63,982 nucleotides of DNA, filler included, from Collodictyon triciliatum (GCA_043381765.1; 5 parts of 5 records of this genome joined end to end with filler, not necessarily neighbours in it); one strand, 5' to 3'; shown: positions 41,263-55,908, numbered from the whole stretch's first letter. Notes: generated from the letters alone by a model not told the origin. Program-made: numbers and translations.

Positions 41263-44200
41263 CTAGCGAGCGAAATCATAAGGGTACCGTAATTTTACCT
41301 CATCGTAGAGTTCCAGTTTCGACAAGGCCTCAGAGATGGACAAAGTGGCTGCGTCGGATGGTTTGTCTGTGTTAGCCCAGCACGGAAGACTGGTCAGACC
41401 ACTCGCGGCCCTCTTCACGGAAACATTACCGCCAAACTCTATCACTAATTCGCTCAGATTCACGAGTGTCGTTAGCCATGCGGGCAAATCATCAACCTGA
41501 TAGCAAAATTAGTCATACAAATGATTAAATACATAAATGAAATTGAATGATGGAAGAACAGAAAGAAAGAATCATAGGATAAACCATATGCTGAATATAA
41601 AGATATGTGTCGATTTGCGATGCCAAAAAAAAAAAACTGACTTGGTTTCCGTGCAAGCGGAGACATGACAGGTCTGTCAAGACAGACAACTCTGAAGGCA
41701 ACTGTGTGATTTTGTTGTGACTGATATCCAGTTTGTAAATGAAAGACAGAGACGAGATTCCAGAGGGAATCTCGGATATCTCATTCTTGCTCACATCAAT
41801 GGCGCGCAAGCTACTTAGCCCAAGTACCTCGGTAGGCAACCACGATATGCTGTTACCGCTCAGGTATATTTGCTCCAAATTGGTCAGCCTCGATATGTCA
41901 GCAGGTATTTCAGTTAGTCCATTCCTCGCCAACGAAATATTGAACAACATAGTCAGAGATAGAACAACCTCCGGAAATGATATGAATTTGTTGTCATCGG
42001 ACTGGAGAAGTCTGATATTGGTCAATTCTGACATTGTAGACGGAAGTGAGACCAAGGAGTTACTGCACACGTTGAGCTGTTGTAGATTAGCCAAGAGCGA
42101 AATGACATCGGGCAAAGTTGTCAGCTTGTTGTACGAGATGTCTAGATCGCGGATATTTGACATTATTGTTATCTCTGAGGGTAAGCTTTCAATGGCGTTG
42201 TGGCTGAAGTCGAATCTTTCAGACTGTACCATCACATAAGCAACACTTGGGATTTCAGTGAGGCTATTGTAGAACATATCCAGGCTGTTCAGGGTTGTCA
42301 ACTGAGAATACTCCGATGGAATCTCAGATATACTGTTGTTGTTAAAGTATAGCGAATACAACTCAGAGAATGAGGAAAATTCTGGCGGCAAGTTTGAGAG
42401 CATGTTATACGATAAGTTAATGAATTTCAACCCTTTGACATTCGACAATGCTATCGGAACGGAGATGAGAGAATTTCCTTGGAAATTTATATCTATCAAG
42501 GAGGAAAGTATGGATATTGTATCAGGGATTTCAGACAACTGATTGGATGACATGTCTATTCTGGAGAGACTTGTCAATAATGAAACCTCAGAAGGTAGGC
42601 TCGTTATCTTATTCCCCTGCAGCTGAAGTTCCTTCATGTTACTGAGAGAGAAGAATTCTTGCGGTATTTGAGATATTTGATTATGGTAAAGACCAAAAAT
42701 TTGAAGCTCAGACAGCATCGAAATTTGTGCTGGTAGCACTGACACTTGGTTATCATTAAGATGGATTTCATAGAGTTGTCTGTGGACTAAGATCTGATTA
42801 GGGATTTCGGATATGTTGTTTTTACAACAGCTCAATGCCCGGATCCTTGTTAAACGCGTCAAGCCAGATGGCAAGGCACTAATTTCTTGTGATGAGATCT
42901 CGAGATATGTGCAATTCGTAATATGTTGTTCTCTGGGCTCTACGCGAGAACAGACCCTCTCAAGCTCCATCAACTCTTGACCATTTTCGAAGGCATTAAC
43001 AAGTGCGTGATGGACTTCTGCAATCCTATCAGGAGACACGCGAAGTTCATTCAAGTAGGAGAGGGCCGCCATTTCAATTGGAAGGACAGAAAGTGGATTG
43101 TTTTGAATGAAAAATATCTTCAAATGCGTCAATTTGGATATGTTAGTATCTAAGTGACCTATCATATTGTCATTCAAGTATAATTTTGAGATTTTAGTCA
43201 AGCTAAAGAGCCCAGTCCCTGTGTTCTGGATCTTGTTGTGGCTTAGGTCAATATAGCTCAAATTCACCAGCACAGATATCTCATCTGGAATAACGGATAT
43301 TTCATTCAAACTAAACTTGAGTTTTTCGAGGTTGGTCAATGATGATAATACCTCCATGGGCAAAACTGGGGCATTATTGCAGCTGAAATCCAATTCCTTT
43401 ATGTTTTGGAGTAACGACAGTCCTTGCGGGATTGAAGAGGCACTGAGAGTAGATAAGCACAAATTGGTAGACTCTATCAGCTGGCTGGTGCTAGGTGCCC
43501 ATGAACCACCTAATTCCTGCAATCCTTTGATTTGCTCGCCTGTTTTGATGGCAGGATGGGATGTATTTTGTTCCCCAGAAATGTTATTTCCATCTATGTG
43601 TAGAATGCGTAAGTTGCTCAAGAATTGGATGTCGGCTGGGAGACCAGTAAGTTGATTACTGCTGACATCAAATTCGCTCAGATTTGAGAGCATACTGATT
43701 CCCTCGGGTATCTCTGTTATTTGGTTGGAGGGAATCAAAAAGACTTGGAGGTTTGTCAAGGTATAAATCTCAGGAGGTATAACAGATATTTTGTTGGACC
43801 CGGCATTCAGTATCCTCAGATTTGTTAATGTAAGAATACTGTTGGGTATGCTTGTCAGCTCGTCGCTATTTATATCCAGTTTGAACAAGTTCACCAAGAG
43901 AGAGATTTGCTTGGGAAATTCTGGAATTTCTTTATAGAATATGCCAAGGTAGGCACAATTGATCAACGAACCTTCATACGGCTCCCAGATTGTTGCATAT
44001 CCGAGCAAGTCTTGCATCAATCCTCTGTTATTGGTGGCCTCAATGGCATATCCAGGAACTGCGTCAATAGCATTTCCGTTGATGCCGAGGTCTTTCAAAT
44101 TGGTAAGAAGAGACAACTCTTTGGGTAAGCTAGATAAACAGTTGTCCTCGATGCGAAGAACATTGAGGTTTACCAACGAGGATATCTCGGCAGGGATGTA

Positions 44201-44809
44201 GGAAATTTTATTTCCATTGGCACTGATATCAACTAGGTTGGTCATCTGAGATATCTGAGGAGGGATGAACGTGAGGGCGTTGCCGTCCATATTCAATACT
44301 TGCAGTTGTGACAATTGAAATATTGCATCCCCGAATTCTGTAATTTGATTATAATCCAGTTTAAGCACGAGTAGATCTGAAAGCAGAGAAACACCGTGGG
44401 GCACATGCGGTATACTCTTAAATGATATACTGATCCTGGTGCAGTTGATTAGCGGCTCGGACGAAGGTGCCCAGGTGTTACTCATATAAGATGTTGTCAG
44501 CTCCTCGATTTCTTCCAGTGACTCTCCTCGGCGAAATGCGTCAGTCAAGTCCTCTGGCATGTCTTCATGCCAGTCGCCTGATACTTGCAGGACATGGAGA
44601 GTAGACATTTGCTTTAGATATGCGAGCAAAAGTGGCAGCTGCCGGGCATCCACAAAGATGGCCTTGAGTTTGCTCAACCCTGTGATTGGATACAGGGTTT
44701 GTGGCAGGCTCCTTCCGCGAAAGTCTATCATGACGCACGCCTCTGCGGGCTGGTCACTTGGAGACCAAACTACATCAGCCTCCTGAAGCTCATATGTGAA
44801 TCGCTCCAT
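41263..44809 (-). CDS. Large leucine-rich-repeat protein (one ~3.2-kb exon plus a short last exon)
   Basis: More than 30 LxxLxLxxNxLxxLPxxI repeats. HGNQ|GTCAGT donor near 41641; last exon VDDLPAWLTTLVNLSEL...YDFAR*. Confidence 0.9.
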
Positions 44810-45566
44810 GGTGTGGTCGCTCGGCTTGAGGCGTTCTCGTTTGGATACTAATGCTTCCCACGCGGTGCAACGGTTCCGTACAGTCCAGGCTGGTTGGGCT
44901 AGATGACATGCATTTTCCAGTTTAAGACTAACGGGCTGACTATAGTTCGCATGTGTGTCGTGAACGCGGTCTTATACACGAGCCCAAGCCTTTACCCCAT
45001 CAACGACTGCGCGACTGTGGGTTGTGGTTTGTGTCCTTCAGGTTGATTGACTTTTGGCACATGATGGACATGAAAGGAGAAAACTTTATATACATAACAG
45101 ACTGGGCAATCAAGAAGGTACCGTATCATCTCCTGACAGTCTTATTTGGAAAAAAAGGGAGGAATGTCACACGCATGCATCTGGCGTTTGTTTGCAGGAA
45201 CACAGATACCCGCAGAGAAGGCTCCTCTGTGATATCTCCACATTTAGATATACTTAACGTGGCAACCTCTTTGACGCCACCAGCACTCCTGCACAGCCTT
45301 TCAGAGGAAAGCGGAGGGAAACGTGGATCACGTCACCCAATAAAAGGCAAGGATGGATCGGCCGGCTGAATAATCACCCACCGAGCCGGTCATGAGATTG
45401 GGAATCCGGCGGTCCGTGTAGTTGATAATCAGTGAAAAGCAAAACAACAAATGTACGATATGCTGGGCAGATGCAAGAAGATGGATTAATGAACGAACAA
45501 TAATTATAAAAAAAAGAGAGAGAGAAAAAAAAAGAATGAAAATGACCTCGGAGAATTAAGTTGCCA

Positions 45567-46190
45567 ATGGCCTTGGCGGATGTAAGCCTAACCCAAACAC
45601 CTCCCAGGAGACCAGAGAACAAAGACATGCCCCCAAACATCCCACAGGAGCAGAGCGCCCAGGCTTCAACCGACCGGCCCCCGTTGAATGAAGACTTCCA
45701 GCGTGTCCTGGACTACCTGCATTCCCGCCTGCAGCCGCCCGCAGAACATCCGCGCCTGCCGCTTTTTCATCCCAATCTCCCGCCAATCACAGTCATGGGG
45801 ACCATGGTTGCCATGGCTACTCGGCATGGACGCTCGTTGGAAGCCGTGTTGTCTCTGATTCAGCAGTTCGAGGTGGTCTGCTTCGACTGCCTCTTGGATG
45901 CAGTGGCCATGCTGGAGCGTCTTCGGTATCTTCTCGTGGATGCCGCTGATACTGCCACACAAGGAGCTCCGGTCTGGACGCCCCAGACGCTTCCGCTATT
46001 GCTGGTTGTAACATGCAAAATCTGTGCGTTCTATTGGTCTCTGAACCCTTATCGTGAAGAAATGTTTGCAAGCATTGCCAATGTCTCGGTGGATGTGCTC
46101 TTGTTTCTGCAAAACGCGCTTTTCCCGGAGGGTGGGTGTGGTGAACCGGTGCTCAGCTACGAGTATGAACACATCAAAGGCAGTATTTAG
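45567..46190 (+). CDS. Divergent PHO80/cyclin-P(U)-like protein, intronless
   Basis: LPLFH..., CLLDAVAMLERL, WTPQTLPLLLVVTCKICAFYWSLNPYREEMFASIANVSVDVLLFLQNALF parallels the PHO80-family cyclin box (LALVYIDRL...NVHRLL...AKF.DD.YY.N..YAKVGG). Confidence 0.6.
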   Translation: MALADVSLTQTPPRRPENKDMPPNIPQEQSAQASTDRPPLNEDFQRVLDYLHSRLQPPAEHPRLPLFHPNLPPITVMGTMVAMATRHGRSLEAVLSLIQQFEVVCFDCLLDAVAMLERLRYLLVDAADTATQGAPVWTPQTLPLLLVVTCKICAFYWSLNPYREEMFASIANVSVDVLLFLQNALFPEGGCGEPVLSYEYEHIKGSI

Positions 46191-46750
46191 AGATGGAGAA
46201 GATCAGGTCCTATCAGTTCCTTTCCTCTTTCTTTTTCTGTTTCCTTTTTTCTTTTTCTTTTTCTTTTTCTTTTCTTTTTCTTTTCTTTTTCTTTTCTTTT
46301 TCTTTTCTTTTTCTTTTTCTTTTTCTATTATCTTTATCTTTTTTCTTTTTTTCTTTTTTCTTTTTTTTCTTTTTTTTCTTTTTTTTCTTTTTTTTTTCAT
46401 TTTCATTTTTTTCTTTTTCCTCGTTCGATTGCAAACCTGGTATCAAATCTTGTGATTTTTGAAGCCCGACGTCAGAATGCTTCGCTGCCTCAAACATGTT
46501 GGATAGAAAAGAAAGTCGAAAGGTGGAATAAGGAGTGCATACCGTCAAGGTGGTGAATCTCATTTGCAACTACCATTATATTTCAACATGCCATTAGAGA
46601 GGCACAAACAGAAATCGGACTTTATGGAAATTTGTCTTATGATAAAAAGAAAACCCGATTATTTCACTAAACTCAAGCGTGATTTTTTTTTCCTTTATTC
46701 GATTCAAAGTGCATCGAGGTTATGCCATACAAAGAAGCGAGACATGGTAT

Positions 46751-47870
46751 TTATAGTGGAGAGCAAACGCGAGTAGGAGAAGAAACTACTATGAAGACTA
46801 GCACTAGAAAGAAATCAGTGATAGCGAGCTGGTCAGGTGAACGTCCCAACTGGTTGATTGGTTGCATGGGTAGCAGGGGTTGGATATGCTGTGGGAGATA
46901 TCTTACGACACATTCCCACATCTCTCTTTGCTTGCGGTCAGAGTAGCGAAGAATGCGAGCGTGTTTCAGCAGGCTGTTCAGGAAGCTGTATTTCACGAGG
47001 CTTTCCAGCCTGGATATATTGATTTCTCGTTCGGGTGAATCATTAGAGCGAGAGAATGCACGCACACTCCACAAGGGCCACAGCATATGTCCCCTTGTGA
47101 CTGTCCAGAGTATTCTAGAGTCGTGGGTCATTTGGTATTGTGGGCCAAACAGGATATCTGACACGCTGAGACGGTTGGGAGCATAATCAAGCTCATAGAG
47201 CATCTTGTGAGTAGATTCTGTCACTTTTTGAGCAAGGGAGCACTTCACAAATGTGTGTTCGATAGAGTCATCTCCGCTATGGCACATGGTGCATTCTGGA
47301 GAGGTCGTTGCTGCATGGACTACGCGCGCACCTATCCACAGCTCTCTGTTGGAGATATCGAGAAGTTGGGCGCGGTGTTTCGGGAGTAGCTGAGGTATAC
47401 GGGCTTGCTTCCAACTTTTGACTATCGGCGGGTCTACAATGCCTATAGTTTCGGTTCATCGACCCCATCCGAAGCATGGTAGCGGATTGGCTTGAAAAGC
47501 ACTTTGTTAATGGGTCTGCTTGTATCTGACAAGATTTGGGACTATCCTCGTTCTTCCCTTAAAAAGGATTCGGTCTCCACATTTGTAACCCAACCGTCGC
47601 GTCTGTTTCGTGCAAAGAGAAATGGATCCGATCGGTATGCTTCGAGAATCACAGCGACGCGCCGGGTGGCTCGGGCAAAGAGTATTCACACACAAGCCGG
47701 ATGGCTCATATGCAGCCCACGATATCCTTGAAGCGCCAAGAACGCCGCCCCTAAACTTGTTCTGCAATCTGACATAGTGCGTTGATAAAAACATACCGTC
47801 AAGTAGCATGGCCACCAATCAGTCGTCCGAGTTTTGGCGGGAGTGTTTACGCAAGGAACTGTCCATTACA
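46751..47870 (-). mobile_element. 5'-truncated, degenerate non-LTR retrotransposon (L1/Tx1-like ORF2 C-terminus)
   Basis: CTMCHSGDDSIEHTFVKCSLAQKV (zf-RVT Cx2Cx7Hx4C) followed by ...MLWPLWSVR... Upstream frames are broken by stops and frameshifts. Confidence 0.6.
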
Positions 47871-49299
47871 GAGTATGTCTCTGGATACAGTACGCACTGT
47901 CCAACCCACCCAGTTTTCCTTTTTTTTTTTCCTTTTTTTCCTTTTTTTTTCCTTTTTTCTTTTTTTCTTTTTTTCTTTTTTTCTTTTTTTCTTTTTTTCT
48001 TTTTTTCTTTTTTTCTTTCATTTCACATCAACTTCGTCTCGATGAGTCAGCTCCTTTGAGAGATCCCCCGTTTTTCTTAAACTGTAATCCAAATCCTGTG
48101 CCGTCCGTAGGAAACACAGACTCGAAACGCTTCCCGCCTTGGTACAATTTTTTTAATTTATTTATTTATTTATTAAAAAAAATGACCGAAAAAAAGAATC
48201 AGGAAGAAAGAAGCCACTGAAAGAGGAAGTAACCTCAAATGCAAAACACATCAAATGTGACGAATAAAACTGCTGCTGTCATTTGCATGCGTCATAACCA
48301 TCGCTTCGCAATGGAATCCTGAGTCGAGCAACGATCCCACTAATCTAAGCACACACCATTATAGAAGCTCCCTCCAAACTTCGAAATGAGAGGACCGCCG
48401 CCCCAGCGCAGCTCTCGTTCCACAAGGTATCAGACCCACACCCATTCGAGCCCCTCTTTTTCGACAGCGGTCTTCCATTCGATCTGCTCTATATATGATC
48501 GACTCCACTTGGAAGCATCCCCTCACGCACGAAAGCCAGGCGCCTTGCTCAAAGGAAACAAAAGCAGGTCGCTAATCAATCACCCTTTTGTTGACCAGCT
48601 CCCCGCGTCCAGACCCAAAGCCTCCACAGATGCGCTTTGTCAGTCCGGGAGCCTTCCAGCTCGCCCGCCAGCAAGCGCTGCAAACAACAAAGAGAGAAGC
48701 CTGGTCTGGCCTCCCGCGCTTTCCAAAGCCCACCACTTTGAATCGCGAAAACACGCTGTTTGACACGTATAATCCTGTTCGCGCCGGGCCGTTCAATCGG
48801 GCGCCTGTCGTCCATTCCCAGTTTTACACCAATACTCCTTTTACCGGCCTACTGTAGGATTCGCATGGTGCATGGCCAGAATCATTCATACTGTTGGGTT
48901 GTGGAGTTGAAAATGCATTTTTTTTATTTTCTTTTTTTCTCTTTTCTCTTTTCTCTTTTCATTTCTCCTCTCATTTACACAATAAAGCCATAACTAGCAA
49001 TATCATAACTAATAGAGTTAGTCCCTAGATTTAATCAAACTCCATTCCCGACGCGGCTTTTAGCTATCAAGCGAGCCACCTTGTGAAAGCAATTTACACA
49101 CGGAGATATATATATTGGTTTATTGTGACGCCATCCATCACGGCCATGGGGTCGGTGAATTAGAATAACGGCAATCTGGAGCTGAAGATAATGCCAAACA
49201 ACGTGATACTATTATATGAAGGAAAGGACTGCGAGAGCCCTTTGCGCTGAACTCATCAGTCACAAACTCAATTGTGAGAAAACAATAGTGAAAAATCCA

Positions 49300-52200
49300 C
49301 TTGTCGATTCTCTCTGAAATACTCGACCTTCTCACTGCGTTTTCACCCCTTTTCATCATGCTGCATCTTCAGCCTCCTTAGTGGCCTCGTGCATCTCTGA
49401 GTCTATTGAATAAAGAGCCGCATAATGATATATTTTTTTTCTAGAAGGCTAAGCAGAACAAAAATATCACGATGCGCGTATGCATCCGATATAGAAGCGC
49501 ACTCTTGACATTTTTCCCAGCACTCATGATATATTATTATCTCGAATCCCTGGAGGGTAATAGGTAATCAATTGAAACTTACTCAAGCCCAAGTCGGGTC
49601 GGCTGGATGATATCAGAGGACTCGTCATTAGGGGGACATATGAGGATTTCCGACTTCCAGAGGAAGAAGGCGGGGTGTGTGGGGGCTGTCCTATCTTTGC
49701 GTTTATAAATCATTTCGATGAGTGTCAGATAACTGTAATACAAGATGAAACGTTGGATAAGCGTAACAAAGGATGCTGGTCGTAACTTTGTCTTATGAAG
49801 ATATATTCACTTTAAAAGCTATACTATATTAAGATTGTAAAAAAAAAAAATTCATGATAATCTTGCATTCCTCGGCTTCAGAAAGGAAAAATTACTCCTT
49901 GTTCAGGTGTTAGACGTGATGTACGCCTTCGAGGAAACTCTAAATCGGATGATTGGAACAGCGAGCTCATTGTCGGGGACTTCTCAACCGCTAAATCTTG
50001 TGCACTCCGAGAACTTGTTATCCCTCCTTTTCGACCAAAGTGGGCGGCGCCTTTTCAAAGTAGGCGATTAATTATTTTTTTTAACAAATTTAAGTAAAAT
50101 TGCGTAAAGTAATTATTTCCATGTGTGTATATTGATCCAAAGAATTGCTACCTGTATCTATAAGCGACTGCTCAATCAGCTGTTCTTTTGTATAGGTAGC
50201 TGAAAGCTCAAGGGTTCCCTCTGTATGGATTGAAAGGGTGAGTGGGATATTTACACCAGCCAGGAAATGATTGAGTGCAAAAGTTACGTCTGGATGTCCC
50301 TGGGCTGCGTGAGCCTGATGCAATTGAATTATTAAATAAATAAATAAAAGTGAATCATTTTCAGATAGCCACAAAGGTATGTGATGATATTGTTTACAAG
50401 TTGATTACATTTTTAGTACAAAGAAATGATTTATAAAGCACTTACGCATCGAAGAGTACAGATTTATGTCTTCTCTTGACAATGATTTCGATAGATGCGC
50501 CTTAATGATATCTTGCTCAACAACTGCTAAGGATGCCACCACATCACCACCTATAAAATACCATAATGATTTGACTAACCGAGAAATAGAAATACATTCT
50601 CCCGACATATCTCCGAACGAACCGTAGGATAGGACATCATAAATGACTGCTAATTAAAACTTTCATAGTATTACGTGTCAATATTTTATCTTCTATCAAT
50701 TCCTCAGCCGCCACACGGTTCAGTAACTTGTTGTGGAGAACTTCGGATGCAATCATAAGCATAAATATTATGTAAAAAAGCTTGTTTGAATTTCTTTTCT
50801 AATTAAAACATGTTAATTGAATACGAACCATGATTGGCATTAACTCTCCCTTCGATATCGTCAAACTCTGTTTATTAAAGACTATGAGTAATGAAAAAGA
50901 AAGGAATAAGAAAAACACTAAGCTAATAACTTCGTATGGCTTCTTACCCTGTTTAATAGCCTCCTCGTTGATATGTTGGATATCTGCTCTTACTTTCTTT
51001 GAACGCTCGCTAGGAAGTTCTAGTGAGTTAAAATTTTGAATAGGAAACCAGCAGGGTTTCTATCTCATTAAATAAATAAAAAAAAATGCAATAAAATAAG
51101 AGAGTTCCTAACCTTGGCTCATGGATAAACTTACATCGTTCCTGGCCTCTGTTTGTAAGGATTTTCAAACATAATCACACAATTAAATTTAAGAAATCAA
51201 CATGGTTTTTTACAATCAAACGCAGATGTCTCAATGATTCACTATTTACGTTCGAATTCGATGGTTACTACAAGCCTCTGTTCAGATTTGGATTTTTCCT
51301 TCGACAGTATGGGAGGAAGTTTGGGATTCTTTCCTAGGCGCTCTAATGAGAACATATTTATTATTATTATTATTTAAAAAATAGGAGTATACCTTGGTCT
51401 AGAATTTTAACTCGGATTATGGAGAAAACATAAATATAAAATGAATAGTCACCTCCTGATTCAGGGCCTAACTCAGTACTTGAGTAGACTTTTTCTATTT
51501 TGGCGAGCACTGGTGTTCTGGGAATCATATAAAATAATTTGAGAAATTTGTAACATGATATCGATATCATAACAACTGAACAAGAAAAATATCAACATTA
51601 CCCAGATCCCTTAATGGATGAAAAGCTGCCTTCGTTTGCTGCATTTTCTGAATTATTCCCCTAATACATCAAAACTAAGACATGGATATGGTTATCGTAT
51701 TCATGGTATTCTCTGAGTGAAGAAGGATTGGGAAAGAATACGTCAGCAGCAACACTAGAATTTTCATTTCCGTTGTTGGATCCACCAGGTTTTTTCTCTT
51801 CCTTTTCTATTGGTACCTTCGCCGACTTATATATAAACCGTTCAATTAAAAAAAAAAAGGACCAGACGGGGGTGTTATTATAAATATAACAATTCTTCAA
51901 AAAAAAAGTAATGGAAGTGATGTACAAATTTTGATGACTAACTCAATTTTTGTCAAAAAAAATTCTCATCGTAATAAGTGGCTATGAATCCACATTTACC
52001 TGCGATTCATTTGTTGGCTCTTTCTGCTCGTTCGCAGATAATGTGATTCCCGTATGTGGCTGTATGACCTGTTTCTCCTCATTATGAACAGGCACGATTT
52101 TTTCTATCTCCTCATTTTTCCTGTTAATCTCTGGCTTTAATTTGTGTCCCTCAGAAACATCCTGGTTCACTCTAGGTTGTTCTGTGGATATGTATAAAAT

Positions 52201-52506
52201 ATCGTCAAATTAAAAATAAAAAGCAAAAAGTAAATAAAAAATAAAAAGCAAAAAACAAAAAAAAAACGAAACTATGGTAATATATTAAATTAAGACCCCT
52301 TTAAATTGATTAAAGTTGTATTTACTTTTAGAATTACCTTTTATTTGTAACACTTCCTTCGCCAAGGGAGCAGGGTTGGGAGTATTTTCGTTGCTTTTTC
52401 CAATCAGAACTTCCGCTGTTGGTTGAGAAGGAGCGATGTTTGGCCTCGTGTCCTCAGCAGGGACGACTTTATTTGCGGCTTTCTTTGAGCTCAGACAAGC
52501 ACCCAT
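49300..52506 (-). CDS. Multi-exon hypothetical protein with N-terminal dual-acylation motif; 3' end approximate
   Basis: Starts MGACLSSKK (MGxCxS). Many GT-AG-bounded exons on the minus strand. Confidence 0.55.
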
Positions 52507-53005
52507 CACCCGACCACTCCGTTTGCTTTTTTTTTTCCTGTTTTGATTAGAATTGAAACCAATTAGAAGATGAAGCCAAAAGAAGATTTATTGGATAGTG
52601 TTGGATAATATAGCGGACATAAGTACACTCTTGCTTTATCTAATCATGTAACCTAAAGTGCTCTTGGGTGACATATATATAATAGGTGCGGATGAAGTTA
52701 TTCGTAGCTTTTGGCATACAGGGTCGAAAGAACACGACAAGCGTATAATTCGTTGGCCATTGCCTGATTTTATGGCTGCGCGGTATTGTGAGTTGCGCGG
52801 AATGAATCACACAGAGGCGAATCGGAATAAAAAAATATAGATGAAACAAAAAAAAAAGAAAAAAAAAGAAAAACTGGACCATCATTCGCTACATAAATCA
52901 ATGAGAAAAGGAGAGAAAAAGACAAAAAGGCGGATAGGAAATACTTCTCAAGCGAATCGATCAACAACCCGGGCGAATAAGGAGAGGAACAGAGAGGAAG
53001 GAAAC

Positions 53006-53938
53006 ATGGCTGGCTACACCTCAGAGACGGCCGATAATAATGAGTGAAAAATAGAGTAACAGGAAAAAAAAAATAAAGCAGTAATAAAGCTGAGCAAACA
53101 CAAGTCGGATATCCTCACATAAACTATCGCAGAAAATAAGAGTAGTCAGTTGCATTCCAAACAGAAAATGAGTTTGCGAGTAGATTGTTGGAAAGTTGTA
53201 ATTTTACGGCTCCAATAGACCACGTCATCAATGGAGATTTGTGCGAGATGTGCGCGTCTCTGTTCCATATATGTGCTTATTCCAGAAACGCTGATTCCGT
53301 TGAGATGCATCGGTTTAAAATAGACATCACCCGTTACTGCATAATTCCATGATGTGATGTATGTACTCATATAATAGAAAAGAGGCATTTAAGTATATAT
53401 AATCAGTTTAGATGATAATTAACACCAATATTATATATGTACTTATAAATTCCGCTTTTGAACAAATGTGTTTTTTTCATGTTCCCACACCTTTCGGTGC
53501 TGTCTTATCCCACTTCGCTTGCATGACACATAGGATGGGCGCTCTGAAGTTCTGTGTGTGCAGCCCACAATCGAAGGTTCTACAAAACATTCGATGAAAT
53601 CTGGAGCGTGGTCGGGGTCTTAAAGCCAGCATGTCAGGCTCAATTGGCTTTTAAGCGGCTTCAGCCAGAGCAGCCGTTTGTTCTGGAAAACAAGCCGACG
53701 ACAGGAAGACCTGCCAATAATGAAATAGGATGGGCTGAGCAGATTCACCAAAACCAGCCTATGGCGCCTGTCCCTGAGGAAGGTCGGGAATTCTCTTTCT
53801 CCATCTAATGTCCATTCCATTTAGCCAAGCGTCACTGTTTGCATCGCTAATGTCCGGACCAGCCATTTCCAACCCTGTCTTTGCGCAAGGTTCGTCCCAG
53901 GAGTCCTCTGATACAGAACTTACTCACACCTCTCCGTA
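53006..53938 (+). CDS. Partial hypothetical protein gene, truncated by contig end
   Basis: MAGYTSETADNN|GT; later exon RRFYKTFDEIWSVVGVLKPAC...PVPEE|GT. Confidence 0.35.
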
Positions 53939-54038
53939 NNNNNNNNNNNNNNNNNNNNNNNNNNNNNNNNNNNNNNNNNNNNTTAATTAATTAANNNNNN
54001 NNNNNNNNNNNNNNNNNNNNNNNNNNNNNNNNNNNNNN
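53939..54038. other. Artificial contig spacer
   Basis: N44-TTAATTAATTAA-N44. Confidence 0.98.
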
Positions 54039-54123
<85 letters not shown>

Positions 54124-55038
54124 AAAAAAAAACAAAAACAAAAAAACAAAAAAACAAAAAAAAAGCATTTTTTAGTTCATCAACCTTAATGCTTGATTAT
54201 TTGTGGTATTGTTCATGCGTCTATTACATCATACGCAATGAGCGATTATCACATCGGGTTGTGTGTCTGTTCATCCATTTGAATACACCCACAACGAAGC
54301 CAACACAAATCCAAAATAGCCTTCCAAGGAAACAAAATCAAGTCGTTGCCTCACCAGAATATATTCCTTCGGCAACAAACCCGCGATACGAAATCCGTTC
54401 ACACACCACGCGAGGAAGAAGCGAAAGAAGAGTACCATTTCTTTTCTTTGCTCTTTAATTAATTTCTCTCCTTTTTTTTTAATTACTTCTCTAATCCGCG
54501 AATGATATGGCGCTGCATTGTCGGGCAAAACAACATGAATGAAGTTAATATCCCAGCCCTCGCTTTTCATATGCTCCTCCTTTGATAGATGTTTTTCCTA
54601 TATATTATATCGCTTGGTGCGAATTGCTCGTCTATTCACGTAATAACAAAGAACAAGAAGAATTAGAAAAAGAAATGATGAAAGACATTACTATACGCCG
54701 CGCAGGGGTAGCGCTCCTTCCATCAGATGCTATTCTTTTGAAAGTCTTGGCACGATTCCAACCGCAAGAGATATCATCACCGTCACATCAGAGGTTTTCT
54801 TCCTTCCTTTCTTTATTTCTGTCTCTCCCTTTAGGCACATTTTGTATCCAGAAAAAAAAGACAGAAAAAAAAAAAAACCACGTCCCGTCAGAAACCGGGT
54901 GGGCTAACAGGCCTTCACCTTTTGTAAAGCAGGAGCAAGACAGTAAATCCCTCCAACCAGATAAGAGCCCGATAGGCCGACAGAGGCACGCCACAAGCAG
55001 ACAAAGAGACAAGACCAAAGGCCTTTGACTTTGTCCAG

Positions 55039-55387
<349 letters not shown>

Positions 55388-55781
55388 GCTATTGATTATG
55401 ATGAATCTTTCACCCATCCCGTTTTCTTCCCACTCTGACATAAAATAGGTATTCAACAACGTGACGACTGTGTGAATATATATCATAAAGCAAAGTACTG
55501 CAAAATAAATCACATATTAATTATTATTGTGTTTTTTTTTTTTTAAAAAAAAACATGGCCTCTCAACACTGATATCCCTTGCATGTGCGCACCTCCAAAC
55601 AAACGATTGAATACCGGAGTCACCTGCGATCTTATCTGCGAGATATTTTTATGATACTTGGAAACCGATGACGCAAAAGATAAAATACAATGCAACGTCA
55701 AATGCGTGGAAAACGTGCGACATTCATAAACAATCACTTCCCTGTTTTTCGACCTCTTCTTTTCTTTCTCCTCGCTTCTTC

Positions 55782-55890
55782 TTCCTTTCCTTTCCTTTCC
55801 TTTCCTTTCCTTTCCTTTCCTTTCCTTTCCTTTCCTTTCCTTTCCTTTCCTTTCCTTTCCTTTCCTTTCCTTTCCTTTCCTTTCCTTTCC
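55782..55890. repeat. (TTTCC)n microsatellite
   Basis: Direct reading. Confidence 0.95.
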
Positions 55891-55908
55891 CGTCCCGTCC
55901 CTGCCCAA

